Source: Sedimentisphaerales bacterium
GTDB taxonomy: Bacteria; Planctomycetota; Phycisphaerae; Sedimentisphaerales; Anaerobacaceae
Length of the DNA: 64,000 nt
Direction: 5' to 3'
Assembly (NCBI GenBank): GCA_963708075.1
Contig: OY970194.1
Coordinates: 832,001-896,000 of the forward strand
Both the position numbers and the translations under genes were made by a program. The notes under the pieces were generated by a model. The model did no database searches. It had not been told where the DNA came from and saw only the letters and a program-made list of their open reading frames with translations. Below, in pieces: positions 50,391-61,500 of the stretch (the stretch's first letter is position 1; every line of letters begins with the position of its first letter).

Positions 50391-53300
50391 TCAGGCGTTG
50401 GTTTGCATGCGTCGACGGGCCCGCCATGCGGCCGGTTTCGTTCGGAGGGCTTCCATGTACAGGTAGAAGACCGGCGTCACGTAGAGGGTCAGGGTCTGAG
50501 AGAACAGCAGGCCTCCCACGACGGCCAGCCCGAGGGGCTGGCGGGATTCGGCGCTGCGCCAAGACCCAGTGCGATGGGCAGGCTACCCATCAGCGCCGCC
50601 ATCGTGGTCATCATGATGGGCCGGAACCGGATGAGGCTGGCCTCCAGAATCGCATCGTGCGGATTCTTGCCCTCGGTCCGTTGCGCCTCGATGGCGAAGT
50701 CCACCATCATAATGCCGTTCTTCTTCACCAGGCCGACGAGCATGACGATGCCGACGAAGGCGTAGATGGAAAGCTCGACGCCGAAGATCATCAGGGTGAC
50801 CAGCGCGCCAAAACCTGCGAAGGGCAACGCCGAGAGAATGGTGATCGGATGAATGAAGCTCTCGTACAGGATGCCCAGCACGAGGTAGATGACGAGGATC
50901 GCCAGAGCGAGGAGCCAGCCGAGCCCTTTCAGGGACGACTGGAAGGCCTGGGCCGTGCCCTGGAAATTCGTGGTGATCGAGGCCGGGAGAGTCGTGGCGG
51001 CCAATTCGTTGACCGTATCGACCGCCTCGCCCAGAGAGACCTCGGACGTGAGGTTGAAGGAGACCGTCACAGAGGGCAACTGGCCCTGGTGGTTGATGGT
51101 CAGCGGCCCGACGCTCGTGCCGACCTCGGCGACCGCATTGAGCGGGACAAGCTGTCCGGTCCTGGCGCGGACGTACAGCATGCTGAGGGCGGAGGGGTCC
51201 AGTTGATACTGATCCTGCAGCTCCAGAATCACGTAGTACTGGTCGTTTGGCGCCAGGATCAGCGAGAACCTGCCGGGAGCCGTAAGCGTTGTACAGGGCA
51301 TCCTCGATCTGGGCGGCGGTGATGCCGGTTGCGGAGGCCTTATCCCGGTCGATCCGGACGTCCACTTGCGGATTCTTCATTCTCAGATCGCTCGTGACAT
51401 CCTGGAAGCCGGGTAGATCGCGGATTTTCTGTTCCATCACCGTGGCATATTGATACAGCTCCTCCGTGCTGGGACTTTGCATCGTGAACTGGTACTGGCT
51501 CCTGGAGACTCGGCCGCCAATGGAGATGGTGGGCGGGTTCAGCAGAAAGACCCGGATGCCGGGAACCGAATTCAGGCCCGGCCTCCATTGCTGGATCAGA
51601 TCGTCGACGCTGTGCTGGCGCTGCGACTTGGGCTTCAGGCGGATCATCAGGTAACCGTTGTTGCCTCCGGAACTGCCGCGAGAACCGGCGCTCGACATGA
51701 ACGAGGCCACTTCGGGTTTCTCGCAGAGCACGGCGGCGACGGCCTGCTGATGCTCGAACATGGATTTGTACGAAATCCCTTCGACCGCCTCCGTCGAGCC
51801 CGAGATCTGCTCGCGGTCCTCGCTGGGCAGGAAGCCCTTGGGGATGTGGAGGAACAGCCAGACGGTGGCCGCCAGGGTGGCTACGGAGAAGACCATCGCC
51901 CCGAGCCTGTGTGCGAGCACCCAGCGCAGTGTCCGCTCGTAGAACCGCAACGTGATCTGGTAGATCCTCTCGGAGAACGCGTAGGCCCGGCCGTGATGGA
52001 CTTCACTGGGGGGACGCAGGAACCGGCTGGCTAACATGGGCGTCAGCGTCAGAGCGATGAAGCCGGACACGAGCACGGCCACGCCGATCGTGACGGCGAA
52101 CTCCCGGAACAGCCGGCCGATCAGACCGCCCATGAAGAGGACCGGGATGAACACGGCGGCCAGTGAGAGCGTCATGCTCACGATCGTGAAGCCGACCTCC
52201 TGGGCGCCATCGATCGCCGCTTTGAAGGGGGCTTTGCCCTTTTCCATGTGCCGCACGATGTTCTCGAGCATGACGATGGCGTCGTCCACAACAAAGCCGA
52301 CCGACAACGTCAGGGCCATCAGCGAAAGGTTGTCGAGGCTGTACCCGCACAGGTACATAACGACGAAGGTCCCGACGATCGCCATAGGCAAGGCTAAGCT
52401 CGGGATCACCGTAGCCGATACATTGCGGAGGAACAGGAAGATGACGAGCACGACCAGAAACAAGGTCAGCAGCAGGGTGTACTCGACGTCCGTAACCGAC
52501 TCTTTGATGGAGAGCGACCGGTCAAACAGGATGTGGATCGTGACGGACGCCGGCAGTTGGTCGCGGAAGGTGGGAAGGAGCTTTTTGACAGCCTCGGCCA
52601 CCTCGACGGTATTGGTGCCGGGCTGACGCTGGACCGCGAGGATCATGGATCGTTGCTGGCCCGTGCCATCAAAGAACCACGCAGCCGATTTGTCGTTTTC
52701 CACGCTATCAATGACTTCGGCCACATCGCCGAGCCGTACGGGCGAGCCGTTGCGGTAGGCCACGATCAGCGGCCGGTAGGCATCGGCCGTGTTGAGCTGC
52801 CCCGACGCCAGAACGGTGAACGCGCGATGCGGGCCGTAGAGAATCCCCGTCGGCATGTTCACATTGCCGGTCCCGATGGCCTCCGTCACTTCATCGATGC
52901 TGATCCCTTTGCTCGACAGCGCCATGGGGTCGAGTTTCACTCTCACGGCATACTTCTGTGAGCCGAAGACCTGCACCTGGGCCACGCCAAGAACAGTGGA
53001 GATCCGCTGAGCCAACAGGGTCTCGGCGTACTCGTTCAGCTCGTATAAGGGAAGCGTCGGACTGGTCAGGGCCAGGTAGAGAATCGGCTGGTCGGCCGGG
53101 TTGACTTTCTGGTACGTGGGCGGACTGGGCATGTCCCGCGGCAGGCGACGCACGGCCCGCGAGATGGCCGCCTGCACGTCCTGCGCGGCCCCGTCGATGT
53201 CCCGCGTCAGGTTGAACTGGAGAGTGATCGAGGTGCCGCCGAGCGAGCTGGACGACAGCATGGAGTCGATCCCGGCGATGGTGGAGAACTGCCGCTCCAG

Positions 53301-53498
53301 GGGCGTCGCCACGGCCGCCGCCATCGTTTCGGGGCTGGCCCCGGGCAGTGACGCCGACACCGAGATCGTGGGGAAGTCCACGTTCGGCAGGTCGCTCATC
53401 GGGAGCTGGCGAAACGCCGAGATGCCGAACAGCAGGATCGCCAGCATGACGAGTGTCGTCATCACCGGCCGGTTGATGAACAGGGCGGAGAAACTCAT
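50391..53498 (-). CDS. RND efflux permease (MdtB/MdtC-like); frameshifts near 51267 and 50554
   Basis: [68 protein letters not shown]. Final frame [19 protein letters not shown] ends at TGA 50391. Confidence 0.9.
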
Positions 53499-54742
53499 GG
53501 ATTACCTCGCTTCGCCTTGTCATCGACACTCTGGGGCGTTGGCGACTGCGGGGAGTTCTTGATCTGCACGCGCGCCCCCGGCACCAATCGAAGCTGGCCA
53601 TCCGTGACAATCACCTCGCCTGGCTGCACCCCCTCGACCACCGTCTCGCTGTTGACGGCTCTCTTTGTCGTGATCGGCCTCGCCTCGACGCTCTGGTCCG
53701 GCTTGACGACGTACACGAACTGGTTGTTCTGGCCGGTCTGGATAGCCTCTGATGGGACGACAATGGAATCCGGCTCTTGCGCGATCGTCAGGACGACGTT
53801 GACGTATTGGCCCGGCCAGAGTCGCCCATCCGCATTCGCAAATGTGGCACGCAAATGGATGGTGCGGTTATCGGGGTCCACGGTATTGTCGATGAAGGAC
53901 AGAATGCCGTGGATGGCTTCACCGCTCTCGCCGGGGGGCGTCACTGCGACGTCCAGCTCATGGGGCGCCATCTCTCTCTTTATCGCGGGCAAGTGATTCT
54001 CCGGGACCCAGAAACTGACGTAGATCGGGTCCACTTGCCTGACGCTCACGACCGCAATGTCGTTGGCCTTGATCAGATTGCCCTGGTGGACGTGCAGGCT
54101 GCCGGTGCACCCGTCCACCGGCGAGCAGATAGAACAGTAATCGAGCTGAAGAGCGGCGTCCTCGATTGCCGCCTTGTTCGCGCTGACTGCCGCCCGCAGC
54201 GTCTCCACGGCCGTCATCGCCTGGTCGTAGATATCCTGGGAGGCGTACCCCTTCTGGAGCAGTTCCGTCTGGCGTGCGGCCTCTCTCTCTGCGTTCTTCA
54301 GTTGAGCTGTATCCCTCTCCAGGTTGGCCTGGGCCATCTTGAGGGCGGCCTGGGGCTGGCGAGCGTCAATCGACAGGAGCTTGTCTCCCTTCTTCACCAT
54401 CTGGCCCTCGGTGAAGTGCACCTGCGTCAAGACGCCGGTGACCTGGGCTTTGATCTCCACGTTCGCGTAGGCTTGGACGGTGCCGAAACTCCGCACGGCG
54501 ATGGGCGTGGTCCTCTGTTCCACGGTGGCCACGCTGACCGGAACCGCCATGCCGCCTTCGCCCCTGGGGCCTTTCCCGGCCGGCGACTCCTTCGGGCAAC
54601 CGGCAAGCAGGAGCAGGCTCACTACTGAAAGCATGAACCCGAAAGAACAATAACGGTGTCGCCGGTGAGGATCCCGGTTCTGGATTTCAAATTTCAGACC
54701 TCGAATTTCTAGTCTCACGATCATAGCATTTCCCGCGAGCAT
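53495..54742 (-). CDS. RND efflux periplasmic adaptor (MdtA-like lipoprotein)
   Basis: LLLAGC lipobox, FTEGQMVKKGD, SPVDG, FIDNTVD, LWPGQYV. Start is uncertain. Confidence 0.9.
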   Translation of the reverse strand: MLAGNAMIVRLEIRGLKFEIQNRDPHRRHRYCSFGFMLSVVSLLLLAGCPKESPAGKGPRGEGGMAVPVSVATVEQRTTPIAVRSFGTVQAYANVEIKAQVTGVLTQVHFTEGQMVKKGDKLLSIDARQPQAALKMAQANLERDTAQLKNAEREAARQTELLQKGYASQDIYDQAMTAVETLRAAVSANKAAIEDAALQLDYCSICSPVDGCTGSLHVHQGNLIKANDIAVVSVRQVDPIYVSFWVPENHLPAIKREMAPHELDVAVTPPGESGEAIHGILSFIDNTVDPDNRTIHLRATFANADGRLWPGQYVNVVLTIAQEPDSIVVPSEAIQTGQNNQFVYVVKPDQSVEARPITTKRAVNSETVVEGVQPGEVIVTDGQLRLVPGARVQIKNSPQSPTPQSVDDKAKRGNP

Positions 54743-54745
54743 CGA

Positions 54746-56383
54746 TTATCGATCCGCTTGAAGTGGAGTCGCATCGGACAATTCTACGGGTTCGCGTCCC
54801 GGGCCGGCAATCCCCCGGCGCTCCAGCAGCGAACCTTCCTGCCGGTACATCTCCACGAACGACTGCAAATAGTTGACGACGGCCTGGACTTCGGTGATCT
54901 GGCTCAAAACCAAGTCCCGCTGCGCCTGGGCGACGAGCAGGGAGGTGGATTTGCCGAGGCGGAACTTCTCTGTCTCCGACCGCAGCTTCTCCTCCTGGAG
55001 CTTTAGCGTGGCGGCGGTGGCGGCCACCTGCTCTTGCGAGCGGGCGATTTCCAGATACGCTGTCCGGACGTCCACCTCGATCAGTTGGGACAGGTTATCG
55101 ATCGCCTCGCGTGCCTGTTGTCGAGTGAGCACCGCGCGAAGGTGGCGGGCCTGGGCGCCGCGATTCAACGGTGGATACTCGATATTGAGCCCGACCAGCG
55201 TGTCATAGCTGTCCCCATCGAGGTCCTCAAGCGATCTGCCGAACGAGTCCGCGTAGCCGGTCTTGCCGAGGGTGACGAACAGGTCCAGCCGCGGCAGTAG
55301 GCCGTTGCGAGTCTTGACTACTTCGAGATCGCCGCGCTGCCAGAGGAGCTTCGCCTGGTTCAGGTCGGGGCGCATCCGCATCGCCAGCGCGACATGGGTT
55401 TCCACGTCGTCAAGCGTGATGGAAGGGATCGTTGGGAGGCTGGCAAGCTCGACCTGCCGGTCCCAGGGATTGCCGCCGGGCGGATTGACCAGTCGCAGCA
55501 ATATCAGCTTGATCTTCGCCAGGTTACTGCGGGCGTTGATGAGATTCTCGCGGCGCGAGGCAACTTCCGCCTCGGCGGCCGAAAGCTCGGTCGCCGCTAT
55601 GTCGCCGACTCTGATCCGTTCGCGGGTCTCCTCCAGTTGCTTTTGAGCCAAATCCAGCGACTGGTTGAAGATCTCGATCCGGCGCTCGGCGAGGGCGTAA
55701 TCCCAGTATGTCTGCTCCACCTGAGCGACCAGCGTCTGGGCGAACCCGCGCAGCTCGTATTGCGATATCCGCGTGTCAATCTTTGCCTGGTTCACGGAGG
55801 CCAGGTTCACCGTCGGTCCAAAACCACGGAGCAGCGACTGGGTCGCATTGAACGCGATTCGTGATGCCCGTTCATCGTCAGTAAGTCCCGCGAGTATGGC
55901 GGGAAATGTACTTCCCGTGACGCCGAGAGAGGTGCCTGTCGGCAGAAACTGGTCAACGCCGACTGCGGCGGAGACCCCGCTGACCTCAGATGTTATCGGT
56001 CCTGCATCAATCTTCTCTTTCTCATAGGCCAGTTGTCCGGTCAGAACCGGATCGAAGACAGCGCGTTGCTCCTGCTCGAACGTGCGGGTGATCTGCGGGT
56101 CGATTCGCTGCACGATGAGCGATTTGTTGTTCTCCAGCGACAGCAAAGTGGCCTGTCCGATAGTGATTTGGAGAGGACCCTCGCTATCAGTGGCCGGCTG
56201 GATGGGTGGCGCATTGACTTCGGCAACGGCATTGGCCTCTGCAGGCGGCTCCGATATCTCCGGGCCGATATAGTCGGCGGGACTGCGGACCTCGTATGGG
56301 GCGCAGGAATGACACGCGCAGGCCAGAAGCGATACCGCCAGAAGACCTGGAATGGACCGCAATCGCATGATGCCCATCAACAC
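54746..56383 (-). CDS. TolC-family outer membrane efflux protein
   Basis: QSLLRGFG, VEQTYWD, RPDL, NGLLPRLDL, FRLGKST. Upstream of adaptor and permease. Confidence 0.88.
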   Translation of the reverse strand: MLMGIMRLRSIPGLLAVSLLACACHSCAPYEVRSPADYIGPEISEPPAEANAVAEVNAPPIQPATDSEGPLQITIGQATLLSLENNKSLIVQRIDPQITRTFEQEQRAVFDPVLTGQLAYEKEKIDAGPITSEVSGVSAAVGVDQFLPTGTSLGVTGSTFPAILAGLTDDERASRIAFNATQSLLRGFGPTVNLASVNQAKIDTRISQYELRGFAQTLVAQVEQTYWDYALAERRIEIFNQSLDLAQKQLEETRERIRVGDIAATELSAAEAEVASRRENLINARSNLAKIKLILLRLVNPPGGNPWDRQVELASLPTIPSITLDDVETHVALAMRMRPDLNQAKLLWQRGDLEVVKTRNGLLPRLDLFVTLGKTGYADSFGRSLEDLDGDSYDTLVGLNIEYPPLNRGAQARHLRAVLTRQQAREAIDNLSQLIEVDVRTAYLEIARSQEQVAATAATLKLQEEKLRSETEKFRLGKSTSLLVAQAQRDLVLSQITEVQAVVNYLQSFVEMYRQEGSLLERRGIAGPGREPVELSDATPLQADR

Positions 56384-56566
56384 GTTACCTTTACCTTTTG
56401 CCGCAAAGACCCATGATAGACGCTTGCGGGGGGAAGGAAATTGCCGCCGTGTTGCCTTGTACCATTTCCCGCAAGAGCTTATAGGTTAGCGCGAAGTCGC
56501 AAGAATAGGCCATCAGCGGCGAAATGTCCAGAGGTTCTTTGACTCGATAGGTCGAGCGTCGGATTG

Positions 56567-57957
56567 TCAAATCCGCCACGGGCAGCGCATGGCGCGGCGC
56601 AAAGGCGGTTGGCGGCATCATCGTTGACGAACTGCTCTGCGGCGGGGTCCCACTGCAGTGACCGTTGCAGCTTGTATGCGATGATCGCCAAATGGCCGAG
56701 AGATGCGCCGCGATGACCAATCTCCTCTGGGCAGTTCGGCGGCCGGCGGGTGCGAATGGATTCAAACCAGTTCGCGTGGTGATTGTTGTCCCCGATGTTC
56801 ACTTCACGGGTCGTCAGGTTCATCTCCTTGAGCAGTTCTTCGGGACCTCCCTCGATGGGGCCGCCGGTGGACAGCGATGTGACCCAGCCTCGCTCGCCCA
56901 CGAAGATGCCGCCGAAGTTGCCCTCTAATCGGGCGGTCGCCGGGACTGCTTTGTAAACGTCCTTCACCATTCCCCAATGATCGACGTGGTGCAGGAGCGT
57001 GCCGTTGGCGTAGCGATACGTGAGTGTCGGGTACTTCCCACTGCTCGGATGGATGATCTCGACCGGTCCGCTGTTTTCCATGCCGAGGGCGTACTGAATC
57101 ACGTCCGCAGCGTGAGAATGATACCAGGTGACGGCTCCGGCCCCGAAATCCTCGTGGAATGCCCAGGGCACGACGCCCGGCACCGGATTCCTGTGGTAGG
57201 CGCGGTTGTATGGCTGCCACGGGGCCGGACCCACCCACAGGTCCCAATCGAGCCCGTCTGGCACAGGCTCGGCTGCCAATGCCGGACTCACGGGCGCGTA
57301 TGAACGACCGAAGTTGTCTCCCAGGCTGCTCCAGAGCGTGAAGACCGATTTGACCTTACCCAGTCCGCCGGCTCGAACGAATTCACAGACTTGGCGGATG
57401 GTCGGGATGGAGCGGTACTGAGTACCGGTCTGAAAAATCCGCCCGTACCTTTGCACGGTTTCCACCAGCCGGCGGCCCTGCTGAATCGTCAGCGAGATCG
57501 GCTTCTCGCAATAGACGTCCTTGCCAGCTTTGATCGCGTCAATCGCTTGGAGAGAGTGCCAGTGATCCGGTGTGGCAATCACGACCGCATCGATGTCCGG
57601 CTTGGCCAGAAGCTCACGATAATCGTTGTACGTCGCGCAGCCGCTGTACCCGCTTTCAGAGCGGGCCGCGTACGTCTGCTCCACATGTCTCTTGCCTTCC
57701 TCCCGCCGCACCGCATCCACATCGCAGACGGCCAGAACCTGAATCTCGCGATCCCCGGCCAGTCGATGCAGATGCCCGCGCCCCATGCACCCGTTTCCGA
57801 TCAGGCCCACCGCGGTCCGCTCGCTCGGGGCAACATTCCCATTTGCTCCTCGCGCCGAGGCAGGAATGATCCACGGCAGCGCGACGGCGCCTGAACTGCA
57901 TGCCGCAGAGGTTAGAAATGTGCGTCTTGTGATCCCAGGTGTATTCGGTCGTGTCAT
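56567..57957 (-). CDS. Tat-exported Gfo/Idh/MocA oxidoreductase; frameshift near 56597
   Basis: ITRRTFLT, ATPDHWH, YCEKP, QTGTQYRS, WVGPAP. Adding one C restores the family-typical end 'ARAMRCPWRI*' (TGA 56567). Confidence 0.88.
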
Positions 57958-58002
57958 GGTGCACCTTTGTCTATCGACGGTAACGTGGCCGTGTTGAAAA
58001 GG

Positions 58003-59329
58003 TTAATCACCGGCGCGGCGACCGGTCAGCAGGATATCGTACTCGTTGCATAGTCTCATGATCACATCCCGCATGTCGGCCGGCGGCGTCGCGATGATCT
58101 GCTCAACGCCCATTTTTCGGGCAAAGGCGAAGATTTCCCGGCAGCCGGGCTCATCAGAGGGCATACGATCTACGTGATACGTCAGTAGACGAACGCCGGC
58201 CGTGTCCAGCTTCAGTCGCACCTGCTCCATTTCTTTGCCGTCAAGTCGCCCATCAAACGCCTTCGGAATGTCACGGCTGATGACCTGGCTGTTCCAGCCG
58301 CCGACGTTCAGCAGACCGAGTTCTGCTGCCTTGTCGATAACCTCGAAAAGCGTCAGTTGTCTGGCGCTGAAGAATGGCTGGCCGTCGATGGGCATCTGCT
58401 CCTGGGCGCGGATCTCGGGGGTCAGCTTGGCGCTTGGAGTTGTCGGGGCGGGCAGATCACCCAAGGCAAACTGGGTGGCGGCGAGGTAGAACCGGAGCAT
58501 CTTCGGGTCCCAGAAGATGGAAGGGTTGTGGGCGAAGCCGCAGTAGAAGACGCATCCCCGGCCGTACTGCCGGACCCAGGCAAGAGCGTAATCGTTGTCC
58601 GCGCGTTCGAGCTTGCCGTAGGCGGGGCCCTGGTTCATGTCTGTTTTCGTGGTGTCAATGCTCAGGAGCACACGCACACGGTTTCGCGAGTACGGCTCGT
58701 GTACGCGGAAGAACTCGTCGCGGTAATCGAAGCCCTGGCCCGCGAAGACCCGGTTCACGGGGTGAGTAGGGTCGTCCAGCTTGATGAAGACGTGCTCGTC
58801 GCTGGCGCGGTGGTTGGCGCCGCGGGCGCCGAGCATGATGCCGAACTCGGGCCAATCCTCGATGGCCCCCGGCCATTTCATGAAGGCCACGGATGTGCCG
58901 TGAACGCCCATCAGTCCGCCGCCGCCATATACGAACTCGACAAGGCTCTGTCTCAATGCGACATCCTCAAAGAGGTTGCCCACGGTGTTATTGAAGAATA
59001 CCGCATCGAATTGCTTGAGGCTGGCGGGTGCGAAGACTGCTGGATCACTGCTGACTACAGTTTCCCACGCGCCGGTCCGCTGGCCCATCAAGGTAAAGGC
59101 GACATTGGCGGTCTTAGCAGAGCGGTGGCCACCATAGTTGACGTTGAAGTCGAAGATCAGGAGCTTTCGCGGCTTGCGTGGCTTGGCGAACGCCCTAGCA
59201 GGAATCGCCGCTTCGATCTTCTGACGCTCCTCAGTGTCACCGGGCCTTGTCTGTGCAATGACACGCGCCAAGTGTGGCCGCTGCCGCGGCAGCGCCAAGA
59301 AATTCACGCCGAGTTGGATGGTTTTGCAT
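58003..59329 (-). CDS. Tat-exported ThuA-domain protein with partial C-terminal TIM-barrel segment; frameshift near 59265
   Basis: ATG 59329 gives MQNHPTRREFLGAAAAAATLG, then the shifted frame. FDAVFFNNT, GGGLMGVHG, DEFF, RVLLSID, YGRGCVFY. Confidence 0.78.
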
Positions 59330-59334
59330 GGGAG

Positions 59335-60090
59335 TCACGCCTTTCCTTCGAGCTTGCTGTTGGATGTTTGTGAGGGCTGCTTGTTCTCAACAAGTGGCGC
59401 AGACCGTTCCGGGGGAGTGATGCCCGGAGGCAGTTCCATGATCCGGATGTTGCGGAAGCGGATGGGAGCGCCCTCGGATTCCAGGCAGATGTAGCCCTTC
59501 TTGATTTGGGAGTTGCTGATGCCGTTGACAAACTTGCCGTTGACCGCTAGCTTGATTGTGCCGTCCACACACACGATTGTGTAGTTGTTCCACTGACCCT
59601 TGCCTTTGCAGCGGTTCTCGGCGGACTTGCTTCGCTCGCCGCGAGGATTGTCCGGCTGGGTCTTGATGCCGCCGGTGCCGAAGATCTCGCCGTGCACGTA
59701 GGCATCGGTCTGATTGTGCTGAACGGCCCACTCGAGTTCCAGGATCTGAACCTCGATGCCTCTCGGCAGTTGCTTGCCTTCGGGAACTGTCCCCTCGCAC
59801 CAGACGAAGCAGCCGGAATTCCCACCTGCTTCCAGGTGCATCCAGTCGAGCTGCAGGATGAAGTTCTCATACTGCCGGTCGGTCCGCAGGACGCCAATCG
59901 GCTGGCCGCTGCACGCGAGAATGCCGTCCTGCACCTGCCATGTGTCCTTGGCCGTGTTGACGTTGACCCACCCCGACGGGTCCTTGCCGTTGAAAAGGTC
60001 CCGAAACTGCGGGATCTCCTGCGCCGGGGCCACAACCTCCGCCGAGAGCACTACGACCGTGACGCAAATCAGCGTTACGCAACTCTTCAT
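59335..60090 (-). CDS. DUF1080 / 3-keto-disaccharide hydrolase family protein, secreted
   Basis: [54 protein letters not shown]. Confidence 0.9.
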   Translation of the reverse strand: MKSCVTLICVTVVVLSAEVVAPAQEIPQFRDLFNGKDPSGWVNVNTAKDTWQVQDGILACSGQPIGVLRTDRQYENFILQLDWMHLEAGGNSGCFVWCEGTVPEGKQLPRGIEVQILELEWAVQHNQTDAYVHGEIFGTGGIKTQPDNPRGERSKSAENRCKGKGQWNNYTIVCVDGTIKLAVNGKFVNGISNSQIKKGYICLESEGAPIRFRNIRIMELPPGITPPERSAPLVENKQPSQTSNSKLEGKA

Positions 60091-60191
60091 GGCTATTCCT
60101 CCATCGTCAACACCGCTGTACCGTTCAACGACACCTGCAACACGCTGGGGCCTCAGTGTAAGGAGAATCGATCCAAAACACAAGGTCTGGC

Positions 60192-60220
60192 TTGGCAATG
60201 AGAGGGCGGCAGGCTATAAT
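60192..60220 (+). promoter_or_regulatory. Putative sigma70 promoter
   Basis: TTGGCA-N17-TATAAT upstream of 60277. Confidence 0.6.
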
Positions 60221-60276
60221 AGCTCCCCATGTACGTCTGGAAAGTTGAATAGAATACGCACATCGGGAGGACACAA

Positions 60277-61500
60277 ATGCATACAGTTCGTCAGGCTATG
60301 ACCGTACTCACACTTTCCGCAATTATGTCTCTTGCCGTCGGAGGCCAAATGGCGGCCGGGGCGGATTGGCCGAACTATCGCGGGCCGAACCATGACGGCA
60401 TCAGCAGCGAAACGGATTGGCAATCACAGTGGGGGGAAACCGGTCCCGCCGCACTGTGGAAGAAGTCGATTGGCATCGGGTTCTCGACGACGGCCGTGGC
60501 GAACGGCCGGGCGTACGTCTCGGGCAATACCGACAAGAACACGGACATCGTTTTCTGCTTTGACGCAGAGACCGGCAAGGAACTCTGGCGGCACTCTTAT
60601 CCGTGCCCGCTCGAACCCAAGAGCTATGAGGGCGGCACGCTCGCCACGCCTACCGTGGATAACGGCAAGGTCTATACGCTGAGCAAGATGGGCGACCTGT
60701 TCTGCCTGGACGCCGCCACGGGAAAGGTGATCTGGAAGAAGCAGTTAAATGAGGACATGGGCTTTCAGTTACCGACGTGGCACTTCTCCAGCTCCGGCCT
60801 GATCGCCGGCGACATGCTGATCTTCAACATGGGCTCGGCCGGTCTGGCCCTGAACAAGAATACGGGCGATATCATCTGGCAGAACGGCAAAGGCAAGTGC
60901 GGCTATGCGACGCCCGTGCCATTCCAGATGGATGGACAGCCGTGCCTGGCGATCATGAGCGAAATCACGCTCTTTGCCGTCAAGCAGGCCGATGGCAAGC
61001 AACTCTGGCAGTTCCCCTGGAAGACGCAGTACGAGATCAACGCTGCCGATCCGGTGGTCGTCGGCAACCAGATGTTCATCACATCCGGCTACAAGCACGG
61101 CTGTGCCTTGCTGGAAATCAGCTCGACCGGCGCCAAGCGGCTCTGGGAGAACAAGGCGATGTCGATGCAGATCAACTGCCCGGTCGTGCGCGACGGGTAT
61201 GTCTATGGCTTCGATGAGAGCACATTCAAATGCCTCAAGCTCCAGGATGGCGCGGAGCAGTGGCAGGACAGAAGCCTTGGCAAGGGATCGCTCATGATGA
61301 GTGCCGATGGCAGGCTGATCATCACGAGCGACAAGGGCGAGCTCGTGATCGCGCAGGCCGATCCGCAGAAGTTCAACGTGCTGGCCCGTGCCCAGGTTCT
61401 GCCGAAGAGCAAGTGCTGGACCTCGCCGGTCCTGGCCAACGGACGCATCTACGCCCGCAACGCCAGCGGCGACTTCGTCTGCGTCGACGTGAAGAAATGA
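60277..61500 (+). CDS. PQQ-binding-like beta-propeller protein, secreted
   Basis: ADWPNYRGP, CFDAETGKELW, ATPTVD, GYATPV, WTSPVLANGRIYAR. Confidence 0.9.
   Translation: MHTVRQAMTVLTLSAIMSLAVGGQMAAGADWPNYRGPNHDGISSETDWQSQWGETGPAALWKKSIGIGFSTTAVANGRAYVSGNTDKNTDIVFCFDAETGKELWRHSYPCPLEPKSYEGGTLATPTVDNGKVYTLSKMGDLFCLDAATGKVIWKKQLNEDMGFQLPTWHFSSSGLIAGDMLIFNMGSAGLALNKNTGDIIWQNGKGKCGYATPVPFQMDGQPCLAIMSEITLFAVKQADGKQLWQFPWKTQYEINAADPVVVGNQMFITSGYKHGCALLEISSTGAKRLWENKAMSMQINCPVVRDGYVYGFDESTFKCLKLQDGAEQWQDRSLGKGSLMMSADGRLIITSDKGELVIAQADPQKFNVLARAQVLPKSKCWTSPVLANGRIYARNASGDFVCVDVKK

Noticed and set aside
4220..59270. Programmed frameshifting or phase variation in the broken metabolic and efflux genes
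   Set aside because: No long slippery runs or shared signal. Random assembly indels are more parsimonious.
58003..60090. Single DUF1080-ThuA fusion broken by a frameshift
   Set aside because: The ThuA gene has its own RBS, ATG (59329) and Tat motif just after the DUF1080 stop.
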